A stretch of 64,000 nt of DNA from Lingula anatina. Lineage: Eukaryota; Animalia; Brachiopoda. Position 1 is the stretch's first letter. Every line of letters begins with the position of its first letter. The stretch covers positions 24,326,534 to 24,390,533 of the forward strand of contig CM120644.1 in assembly GCA_051362555.1 (NCBI GenBank), in the 5' to 3' direction. Of this stretch, positions 52,589-64,000 are shown piece after piece. The position numbers and the translations under genes are program-made. The notes under the pieces were generated by a model. It searched no databases. It saw nothing but the letters and a program-made list of their open reading frames with translations, and was not told the origin of the DNA.

Positions 52589-55500
52589 GTACGTATCTTA
52601 AGTCCCAACATTTTTTTTTTTTTTTTTGTACATAAATTCAAGAACAATGTAGTTATATTCTTTGTAATTAAATATAACACATATTATTATTTTTTACTTA
52701 ACAATGATGAGAAAATTATCAATTTGGATATATTTACAGCTGTTATTGTTTATTCTGAAATCTTACAAAGTACAGTGTTGTGTATTTCTATCAAACAGTG
52801 TTGTCAAGTACGCAAGAGGACCCTGCTGTTCCTTCATCCCAACTCTTTAATCCTTCGTCATCAACAGAAAAGGAAATTACTCAGTCTGCAAAGTCTAGTC
52901 CTACAAGTGTTGATATGGGAACTGTTGCAGGTACATGGACAGTTCATCAGTGCGTGGATGTGTGAAAGATATTCACACTATTCACAGCCATATAGTGACA
53001 TTTTTCAAAAGTTCTTTGTTGTCAACATAGTGATAGGAAAGTCACAGTGGTTTTTTTTTATACGATATTGATATGATTAGATGCAAGTTTTGGATTTTGT
53101 TTTATGGATTTAAGTGTTGAGATTACATAATGTATGTAATAAAATATTAAATTAATATTTAAAAATGCCTAAAGTGCAAATTTATGTTTTTGACAAGTGA
53201 TATCTGTGTTGAAGTTGTTACGCTTATTTACCTAAACACAGAAAACGTTTTTTTTTTTTTTTTCTTGCAGCCAGCAAACTCCATACAATCAAACCAGACA
53301 TCCACTATCAGGTATATTCATATTAATATATTTTAACTCGAAATTTTGATAAAATGATTACACGAATGTTCACCCTGAAACGTAGATAAAACATGTAGTA
53401 CAAAAACGTAGATATTAAAATACTTTAGTACACGTCTGTACCCACTTTCTATGACAAATAACATACTATATGTTTACTTGAGCTTGATTTTTTTTTTATG
53501 ATTTAATAAAAAAAATCCTGATATCAGCTTTAATAGATTTTGGATTTATCTCAATTTTGCAGGCACCTGTAATGAATCTAACACACGAAATCCTTTTGGT
53601 ACAAATGGGTCCCCTGCTGATAAAATATGTACAAGTTGCCGACATTATCCTGGGCATGGTAGACAGGAGAATCCTTAGGGAACGTAATGCAGACAAATTA
53701 ATGGCTCACAAAACAAAACAAGATCAAGCCTTTGAATGTCTTCGTATTTTAACAAAACGTGGTCCTACAGCATTTGGAACCACGGTTGAAGTGTTGAGAA
53801 AACACAAGAAAGAACTTGCATACCAAATAGCAGAAAAAGCGACTGCTTGCAGTAGTAAAAACCCTACAGCAAATGTCAACATCGATCACATGAGCCAGAT
53901 ACAGCGCCTTCCCTGGGACCCCGACGACACCATGCACATGGACGATGTCTATGTTAACCTGCAGTGGGAACAAGATGAAAGGAAACCTGCAGTTACTAGT
54001 TCTGATCCAATCCATAGCTATACATTAATATTTAAATATGCCAAACAAGGGAAGTCACCAAAGAGAATATTTATAAGAGGAATGGCAGGCACCGGCAAAA
54101 CCACTTTCACACAGAAGATGGCAACAGACTGGGCAAACGCCACACTGGGTTTAGGAGAATGTGATGGAGTACTTTCGAAATATAAACATATTTTAATGTT
54201 AAATGTACGCAGCAGTAAGCCTTGCAAAACACTAAAAGGGGCAATTGAATCGCAAATCACCCTTTCTACAGAAAAGAGGAAAGCAGTGACAGATGAAATC
54301 ATGCAAGCTCTCGACTTTGACACTGACCATGTTCTACTGGTCTTTGATGGTTATGATGAATATGATATCAACACTTCCAAAGATATCACAGACATCATTT
54401 ACCGTAAACGATACCAGGATGTGTGCACCGTCATCACAACACGTCCATGGAAGGCAGGGGAACTGATGAACAGACGAATAATGGACAGTGCGTGTGGAAT
54501 CACCGTCCATTTAAAGAATCTGGAGTCAAAAAAGCGTCACTTTCTTGATTGTCAGAAGAAGTCATGGTCAATAAGGAATAATCTCGTGGGCTACGTGATG
54601 GAAAAGAAGTCGATATCCTTGGTGAAGACCCCATTACTGCTGCTGGTCAGGAACCTTCGCCATGTGCCAGGGCTGGAACATTTGAGGCTAGACAGTGGAT
54701 CCATGCAGGGGCCCAGGGGTACGTGTCCTAGGGGCGAAGATAACACAGAATATGAAGCAGGACTGAGCCAAGGTGTGAATCACACCACAATGCTGCCACA
54801 CTTCCCATTCACTGGAAATCAGCTGGTGCAGTACTGTGGTATCAGCCGGCCACTGATTACATTAAATTCTCTCGAAGGTGAAAAGGGTTGGAGTAAATGC
54901 TTGTCAGAGAACTTGGAAAGCAAGAACAAGAAGACTTCTTGCCATCATACATACCAGTCAGATTACACATTGCTATCAAAAATGAGTACACAAGAGAACA
55001 CAGTAACATTTGATCCTGAATTTGATCGTCATACACTGACGTCATCATTGCAGAATAGAGTTAAGGCATTTTTTAATCAGGACAGAATGCAACAGAAAGA
55101 AGAGATACAATGTACGAAAGATAAATGCACGAAAGAAAATGCGGACGAGAAAGACGATCCCGATATCTACAGCCAAGTTTTAGCTTTTCTTCACAATGAT
55201 TTGTTTCGGCATTCAACAAGCTTCATTCCAGGAGGGACAAGCATGCTTTTATATCCGGCACATCTTCACGAGTACTTTCGTCAGTCGGCACAAGGCCCAC
55301 CCTTTCGTATGGGGGAAGAATACTGCTATGAAGCAGTTCGACTGTCCACTTTTAAAGACTTGCCCAGTTCGGTCCCGGTACCAGCAACGCGACTTGCACG
55401 GTCAGGGTTCCATTACACTGGAAACAGTGATGAGGTAGCATGTTTTAGCTGTGGAGGGAGACTTAAGGAGTGGACCTATGGAGACAATCCATTTGTGCGA

Positions 55501-56082
55501 CATCGCAATTTCTTCCCAGATTGCCCACTTATGAAAGGGACTGAGACAAAGAATGTTCCCCTGTTCCAAACAGATGATGCTATTTCTAATGGCAACATAG
55601 GAGCCAACGAAGATCCTTTCCCAAACTTAGCAAGATCTACACCGTGTGACCATGTTGACAGTGCGTCCTCGCTACTGTCAAGCCAGCAGGCACTATCCAG
55701 GTCACTGGGCATTATTTCTCCAGAGGTCGCCACCCCCCAGATCACTCATGCCGGGGTTGCCAGTGGTGTACGCTCTAACGAGAACACATCTGCCCCCTTA
55801 ACTCCACCAAATGCAACTCATCTGCCTACATGCATCCCTTCATGGATGAGAAATGAGTCTGATCGCCTAGCAACTTTCGTCAGCTGGCCCACTGGAGCAA
55901 GTGTCCGACCCAGAGACTTGGCAAGAGCTGGTTTCTTCTATCTGGGCACGGAGGACCGGGTACAATGTGCCTTCTGTGAGGGGGTATTAAGGAATTGGGA
56001 ACTAGGTATGATTACTTTTTATCGCTATGAACGTGATTGTATATATCCCTGCCAGTTCTGTGTAAATGGTTGAAGCAGGAAA

Positions 56083-56121
<39 letters not shown>

Positions 56122-56174
56122 TAATAATAATAACAATAATAATAATTTATTCAGTTTTTCAAGGCCTCCGGTCC

Positions 56175-56207
<33 letters not shown>

Positions 56208-59200
56208 GTAAAGTCCATGTGAAGTATTAAGGGTTATTCATTTTTATCAGTGATCCAAATTTCCTTTTCTTAATATGAAAGCATTAAATAAAGAAGCAGC
56301 TAGACTAGAGATTTTTTTTTTTTTTTTTGTGGTCATTAATCTTTTAAAAAAAAATTTAGTAGGGTTATTCACTTGCAGATATTTTTCTCTTAATTCTGTA
56401 TATGCTACTCATGTCATTAAAAATGGTATTCGTCTTCAACATCATAAATATTGTTTTTTACAGATTAAACAGAGTCTATTGCATCTTTCTATACCTCTCA
56501 ATCTACCGCTCTCAATATTTAGTATGTGATTTGCGCATCTGAATCTTGCTAGTGAGATTCTATGTTTTACATTTTTAACGCTTAATAAGTAACACTCTAG
56601 TGTTAACGTACTCTTAAATAATGAATAAGCAGGAAAAGGGCCACTCATATGTATGAATATGAAGAATTCCTAAATTTATCAAAACAATTCAAGCTCTAAA
56701 CCTTTAAAACTGATGCAATATTGTCACGACAGATTAGCTGTAAACATTGATCATTATTGTAACTTAAATGCTGGTTTTAGCAAAGCATTCGTGGTTGTTG
56801 GATTTAAAACGCACAATACTCTTCAGCGTCAGAATGATGAAATAAATCACGAACGGTCAGACATTAACATATGTTTTAGGTGACCAACCAATGCAGGAAC
56901 ACCGCAAATATCTTTCCACCTGCCCGTTCGTCCTAGGATTGGAAGAACCAAGCACAGCTCTTCCTCTTGCTGTGTCAGAATCACAAAGACAAGCTGTGGG
57001 AGGCAGTACAACAGGATCACATAGTAAGCATGAGTAAACAATAATTCTAACACATCGTCATAAACGTTACCGCAAGGACATGATTTGAAAGACCTAGTTA
57101 AGCATATTCATGTGGTGCAATGTAATGCATATTGACCGAATCAGAGTATACCCCCGATGTTGATACTATATGGAATTTGTACCCTAAACGAATGTTTTTT
57201 TTTTAAATCGAGAAATGCGTTCAGGTACTACATAATGGGCGAGAAGAATATCTTAAGGCGAAGCAATAAAAAATAAACTCTGTAATATCTGTATTACCCT
57301 AAGGCCCGGGCGTGTCATGCTCTGTTCCGTGTATTCCTGGATTCGTACGCGTCGTTTCCCAGCACGCAGCACAGCGCAGCCTATTGTTTCTGCTCGAGTC
57401 GTGGTTCATAGTGCATTGCATCTAGAATGCAGGTTAGTGCATGACGCCAACCACAGATATTAAATGTCGTTACACTGTCATTACTTATCAAGACGATCAC
57501 TAAAACTTGTCTTTACATGTTTTCTCCCCATAGATGCCACAACTGGAGCCACACTAGGAATACTAACAGCGAGACCTAGACACGAGAGATACGCCACTGA
57601 ACAGGCCAGAGTTCGGACCTTTGTTAACTGGCCGCCATCTCGTATTCCGCGTCCTGAAGCTCTCGCCAGGGCCGGCTTTTTTTACGCCGGTAAGTCCACT
57701 TTATATTTTAATAAAATATATTCCTTAAATTATTACTTATCAATATATCACATATCCATTGATGTTGGCAAATTTATTTAAAAAAACGAGACACCTCGAT
57801 ATAATGCATCTGCAATAAACTATAACGCCACTTTTTAAAGCACATCAGCATCCCACAATATCAAAGTCACACTATATGTGAAGTATGTACAGATGACAAT
57901 GTACTCCAACGTGCAATCCACAGCTCTCACGATATTTTTAGATTGTCGTTAATAATAAACTGATCCCTGATGAATAAAAGTGGACAAGTTGTAGTCTTAA
58001 TAAGAGGAGTAACAGGACCCATTAATTTATTATTTATTTATTTATTTATTTATTGTTAATAACAGGTTTTGGTGACAACGTGAAATGTTTCTTCTGTGAC
58101 GGAGGACTGAGGAATTGGGAACCTCAAGACGACCCTTGGGTTGAGCATGCGCGTTGGTTCCCGCGTTGTGATTTTGTTCGTCAGTGCAAGGGGGATGTTT
58201 TTATACAAATTATTAAGGAAGAAAGTTCGCCAAACAACCCGGTAAGCATATATTTAATCACAACATTCACTGTGATGAAGATATAAACAAACTGTTTAGG
58301 GTAGATGACGTTTAAATAATTGGTGTAACTTGGAGTAGGAGATGTCTGATTTTCATTTTAATAATGATAATAATCAAGATAACTGACGTGACGTACATTA
58401 TTATACTTGATGAAAATAAAGGGGAAATTGTCTTTTGGTTGTTAACCTGCATACCATTTTAGCAACTGCCATATACATTGATTATGCTTTTTTATATAGA
58501 TTGTTCACGGTAAATATTGATTTATTCAATTTAGCCTCCCCATGCTCAAACGCAAGGACAAAGAGCACAAGGTTAGTTATCCATTGCTTTCTGACCAAAA
58601 AACACAATTATCATTTACCCAGGCCATGTGCCTTGCAAGGTTTTTAAAGTTTTGAAGCAGCAGTTACTCGCCTTTATAGATAGTCAGTATTGTTCTTCAC
58701 AGAATTAGGAAATTTGTTAAATTTGTATATATGAACAAGTCCTTATTGTTCTTATTTGTGATTGGTGCCCATCAAACACTCAACAACTTGGAACAAAACA
58801 TCACCATATGCTTGAAAAAATGACTGAGCAAGCTTCTTGTCTCATCACGTGATCAGAACTCTGTCTGTATACAGGTGCGTCAGGCAGTTACCACGTAGAG
58901 GCCCGGGAGATCAAAGCCCGCCTGGACACCCCGACAGTGCAGGCGGACTTAGATATGGGTTTCAGACGAGATACAGGGCGTCATGATATCGAACATAGTT
59001 TGAGGGACACTGGAGATGATTTCCCCAGTGTAGCGAGTTTACTAGATGTCATTTTGAATATTGAGGATGAGATGAACCGGCAGGCGGCGCAAGGTGCGGC
59101 GGCGGTGTCAGTAATTCCCCAAGAGGAACCTGGTCAACAGACACTTAACCCAGCTCTGTCTGAAGTACCAGCATCTGTGACAACCCAAAAAACATCTCGA

Positions 59201-60170
59201 ACGCAGAATTCGGGTACATGTCTGAGCTAATAACACTCCGATATGATTACTTGCGGTTAGATTATATAAAATATACACAGAGTTTATAAAACTAGACCAA
59301 AAAGTTCAGAAACATCGTTATTTTGAATGATTATGAAATAATAATAGGTGCTAAGGTAAATATTTTAACCAAATGTTTGTGGATGGATGACAACTGGCAT
59401 ACCTGAATCATCTTTACAAAATCAGAGCTGATCAGACTTGATGTAAAATTTCATTTCATTTTAGAGAAACAATCTAAAAAAGACAATAAAAAGAAAAAGA
59501 AGAAGCAAGACGCTCCGGTAGCAAAGGAAAGTGGCGACAAGGGTGAGCACTAGGCTTTTGATCTCTGTTTGATGTGTGTCAATGTCCAATGATATAAAAC
59601 TAATATCGAGGTCAAACTCATAATGCGGGTGTCAGATACTAAGTAATCGTGAATTAGTTTGTACGTCGTAGGAAATAGGCATACATATAAAAAAGCAAAA
59701 CTTACTGAAAAAAAAAAAAACTCATTTCCTTTTTTTTTCAACTAAACAGTTCAAATATCATTATCATTTGTAAACTATCAACGCACTCGAATTGCAGCTA
59801 CAGGACGACTGGTATATATCGTTTATGTTGTTTACAATAAGAAGCATCCTGAAGCACTTGATGAATGATTTAAAAAGAATTGCAAACGTCTTTATTTGTG
59901 TCCTTTCCCTTGTCTGAATGTTATATCATTATCAACAACTGTTTTGAAGTAAGTGTTGCCAACTATATTTCAGAGACCAAGTCTTTGCTTGAGGAAAACA
60001 AAAGACTGAAAGAAGAGCGCATCTGTAAGATATGTATGGATGAAGAAGTTAGCGTGGTATTTCTGCCGTGCGGCCATCTTGTCGCCTGTGTCCAGTGTGC
60101 GCCTGCCTTGAGGAATTGTGCCATTTGCAGAACAGCCATCAAGGGCACGGTTAGATCCATATTAAGTTAA
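51766..60170 (+). CDS. Chimeric NLR-IAP gene, copy B: HEPN-CARD-NACHT(truncated)-LRR remnant-BIRx3-UBA-RING, ~1521 aa
   Basis: Exons 51766-52588, 52799-52930, 53271-53311, 53563-56005, 56880-57023, 57534-57689, 58066-58241, 58535-58571, 58875-59213, 59465-59542, 59974-60170. Sum 4566 nt, open frame; all coding indels relative to copy A are multiples of 3. Confidence 0.78.
53563..56005 (+). CDS. Exon: CARD-NACHT-linker-BIR1-BIR2(N) (copy B)
   Basis: As 22159-24589, plus a 12-bp insertion at the end of the CARD (LAYQIAEKA vs LAEKA). Confidence 0.88.
59974..60170 (+). CDS. Terminal exon: IAP RING (copy B)
   Basis: Protein identical to copy A RING exon; 5 synonymous differences counted. Confidence 0.95.
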
Positions 60171-62244
60171 TCTTTATGTAATATTGGCTAGGAATAGCAA
60201 TGATTTTATCCAAACTGCACTTTCAACTTAATATCTAAATACTAAGCTGAAGGAACTACGTATCACATTCACAGATTCAATGACATTTCCTGATCACATA
60301 TTGCAAAGTGTAGTAACACCCGCACGAAAATGCAGTGGTATCGAAGTAGCAAAGAAGCATTGTAGCCTACTGCAATTCTACTTCAAAAATTACATAGGGT
60401 TGTACAGAGGAGGAGCATTAATGCAGTAGATTAGCATCATGATAGAAGCATGTTTCAAATAGGCTAATTAGCTCCCACATCGAAGCAGATCGAAGTATGT
60501 TTGCATTAGTCTATCGCGCTGGAGTATCTACTTCGTTTTTGTTAAGAAGGTTTTGCACCTACAAACTACAGATGTCAAAACTATGGCATAGAACGACTAT
60601 CATAAAGATCATAATAAAGAAAAACGTAATTTATTAACTATCTCACTCGCTATTTTTACAGCTTTTAAAGTAAAAAAATTACTCAAAAGTGAATTGTATG
60701 CCTTTTTTCCATATTAAACGTTTTAATGCACTATTCTTTATTCAATTATAACACTTGAATAGAATGCAGATTGATTTTATTTATATGAATATTAATCTGA
60801 CTTGACTTACTACGTGTGGCTAGTGCCCTATTACATTTTTTTAATATTGCAAGCAAACCTCTGGTGTAAAAATGTGTGTACTATGTTTATTTATGATTTT
60901 TTAGAGTTTTCCTTATTGTAACTTTACAGATTTCAGAAATTGATCTATGCATTGTCATTATGATAAAAATCGTGCGAAACGGGCGATATTAGCATGGCAC
61001 TTAATATTTTTAGTTATGACAATTATAATTATTTTTCCTAATCAATATATACTGTTTTATTAATTATACAGCATGTTTATTTGCGTCTATAGTATCTATT
61101 ACAAACCACTTTATGATAATTATTATAAATTGTATATTGTGTTAACCATGATTATTAGCTTGTTGTATTTAACTAACTTATGAATGATAGTGTTTGTATT
61201 CACTTTTTTTAATGATGATGTTTTTTAAACGTGTATCTTAGTATTTATTATATTTCATTTTGCAGAATCTCGCGAACGGTGTATAGCATTTACGTTGATG
61301 TCAACATTGAAACCATGCCATACCCGTGTATAAGCTTTTTTTCAAAGTTATGTAAATGTGCTGTTATAAATGATTTATACTACAGTCTAAAGAGAGACGA
61401 ATTATCTAATTAGGATTTCGTTTCATTTGATCAATGAATGACTTGAGTTGATGTGAGATCAGATGTTTGATTTTTTAGACGAGCAGTTGGACATCATTAT
61501 TTGATGATATCAGAAAATTATATAGCATATGTGTTGCATAAAATGTAACTTGGTATCAATAAACGTACTAATCAAGACATATACAATGTAGATATAATAT
61601 TGATATTGAGCATTATTAAGTATGAATGTTGATAACGATGCACTGCATAATCGATTTTGACGACTTATTACTAAAATTATGAGGAATGCAAGATATTCTA
61701 GTCTCATGATAAGCATAATAGCACATTGCTCTATTTGTAAATACATTGAGCCTTAATGCATAGATTTGTGTAAGTTATAACTTACTACATAATAAAATAA
61801 ATATATGATAAAATAATTTTTGGTAATTTACGTTATTATATTTGTATTTTCTTTGTTTTAAATAATGAAAAAAATGAGTAAGCGTATGTTGTAAAACTGT
61901 TGAAAAAAGGGTGTACATAATAAAGGTAATGGCTTACACCCTCACTAATTGCAGATAGTATGTAAAAAATCAAATGAGTAGAAGAATGTAGAATCATTGA
62001 GTGTAAGTTAAATTTCTTAAAGAGCCAACACGTGTAGAAATTGTTTTCTTAATAGGAATATATGGAACCTGTCAAAGCTATATACAGTTTTATTTGATTG
62101 GCTGATTTCTCAATGAATTTGCATGTTTCAGCCGCCACATGTTAAACACATGCACATTTAGGATGGATATAGCCCAAGCATGAGTAATTCAAATATATTA
62201 TATGTTTAATTGAAATCTACCTCTGTGGAGCAGCATGCGGGCAT

Positions 62245-62291
<47 letters not shown>

Positions 62292-63392
62292 TCCAAAACT
62301 ACATCCGTGGAGCAGTACGCCAACATTGCTTTTTTCTTGTTTACTCCAATGCTACATTTGTGGAGTATATTGGAAGTATCCTATGCCCGACAGTGCAGTG
62401 CAGCATAAGCATAATGCTTTTTCTCTACTTTACCGGAGTAATTAGCTAACTTCGTGGACTGATGATGAACGTTAGGAATAAGTCACGAATCCCACGAATA
62501 TTTGCCGAAGCAAGCACGGAGGGGAAATACCACGGAATGTCGATAATACAACATTGGTCAAAAAGGTTGTCTCACATCCAGTTTCAGTGTTTTTATTTAT
62601 AAATGATCACAACACAGGAGTTAATTGCTATGAATGGCAATTTTCTTTCCCGATACCATAACTAACATGATTAGTGGTACAGAAAATACAAACTAGCGGT
62701 GAATATATTCATATGTTATATCACTTATTCACATTTATTACATGTACCCCCTCAAATCCGATATTCCACTGAGGTAAAGGAATGCCCATTTAATATTGAA
62801 TTGCGGCATCTTCCTTTGAAGACGTGCGTTCGGGTAAACATTCGCCCATTTTCTCAGATAAGCAGTTTTGATAGCTCCACTGGAGCCTGAACAGCTTACA
62901 TGTACAAGTGTTATAACTGTGCCGCAGTAAATTTCTTATATTGTTCTTTTGCACTGACAACGCAATTTCTCGCGGTTCCTCGTAGTTGCTATGGCACAGC
63001 ATTGCCGTCGTCTTGCAGTTGCGAGCACATAGGCTTGCGTCAACACATGGAAATTTCGGGTTCTTTAGCATCTTTTTCCTGTTACCTCATAAAAACGGGT
63101 TTTGGTGTTTGTATATTTTTGTTACTGTGTCAAAGATTGTATTCTTGAGCTGATATTTAGCCGGTTTTAAAGCAATGTAACGGGCAATTCATGTGTGGTG
63201 ACATTTTCCAGCGAGAGCCGATATTGAGAGTAAAAAAAAAAAAAAAAACAATTAACATCCCTAAAGCCGAGAAGACGTTAGCCGGTAATATTATTGTTTG
63301 TATCTGTAGTAGTTGTTGTAGTAATGGTAGTTGATTAGATATACATTTATATTGTCACTGTTTTATATTCTGATGACCCGTAGGGAGCAAAG

Positions 63393-63570
63393 CAGGGGCG
63401 GATTGAGGCCGTCTTCTGGGAATTCCGGAAGACGGTCAGAATTTCAATCTTTTCAAAATTTTATAAAGACGGGTATCTAACTTTTTCTGTCGGAAGACGG
63501 TCAAAAATGAGGATGGATCAACAAAGATAATTTGTAAGACGGTCTGAAAATATCTCTGGATCCGCCCCTG
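63393..63570. mobile_element. Small TIR element (hAT-like ends)
   Basis: CAGGGGCGGAT ... ATCCGCCCCTG flanked by a duplicated CAAAG. Confidence 0.65.
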
Positions 63571-63687
63571 CAAAGGTTCAATAAATTGAACTGAATTTAA
63601 CATGAACATATACACGTGTATATTTTGTGCGACGTTTTACCTTGACCGTTTATATTCAGAGTCTTTTGTTGCATCTTGTTGTTTGCG

Positions 63688-63724
63688 CCCCTGACGAGGC
63701 CTCAGGGCCGAAACAGCTGTAGGG
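63688..63724 (+). ncRNA. Minimal type I hammerhead ribozyme (Penelope-like element type)
   Basis: CCC-CUGACGA-GGCC(UCAG)GGCC-GAAA-CAGCUG-UA-GGG: complete catalytic core, 4-bp stem II, palindromic short stem III, GUA cleavage triplet, stem I CCC/GGG. Confidence 0.8.
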
Positions 63725-63771
63725 ACTTTTCTAATTAAAATGGAGAGAACAGACTAGTTTGTTCGGTTACT

Positions 63772-63844
<73 letters not shown>

Positions 63845-64000
63845 CATTGTCCCACCCCCATTTCAATGTACTTTTATTTACAAATGATCACCTCACAGCT
63901 GTAAATTGTTAGAAATAGTGCTTTTCATTCCTGATACCGTGTCTAACTCGATTAAGGGTTAAAAAATATTAAATAGTGGTGAAAATATACAAATTTTATA

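Noticed and set aside
63370-63392. Second hammerhead at CTGATGACCCGTAGGGAGCAAAG
   Set aside because: Lacks the GAAA core and cleavage triplet; more likely a LINE 3'-end stem-loop interrupted by the TIR element.

Overview
AT-rich, intron-containing animal genomic DNA, probably an invertebrate (lophotrochozoan-like; taxon is inference). Most of the window is a tandem segmental duplication (copy A ~225-35057, copy B ~36655-62208). Each copy carries a + strand multi-exon gene whose GT-AG exons I could join in frame by hand into an uninterrupted ~1520-1540 aa protein: DZIP3-type HEPN domain - helical linker - CARD - truncated NACHT NTPase - one LRR-like remnant - 3 BIR domains - UBA - basic segment - C-terminal IAP-type RING. 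This looks like a HEPN/CARD NLR front end fused onto a complete cIAP/DIAP2-like inhibitor-of-apoptosis E3 ligase, the reverse arrangement of NAIP. The paralogues show mosaic divergence (HEPN exon ~25% aa different, CARD-NACHT-BIR exon ~1.5%). They also differ by many transposon insertions with recognisable empty sites: a young BEL/Pao LTR element, an internally deleted Tx1/L1-like LINE in an (AAT)n tract, a short-LTR Gypsy derivative, an L2/CR1 fragment and several MITEs. Also present: a THAP-domain relic split by a MITE, a B-box relic and a minimal type I hammerhead ribozyme near the right end. All domain calls are from motif recognition by eye; no searches were run.
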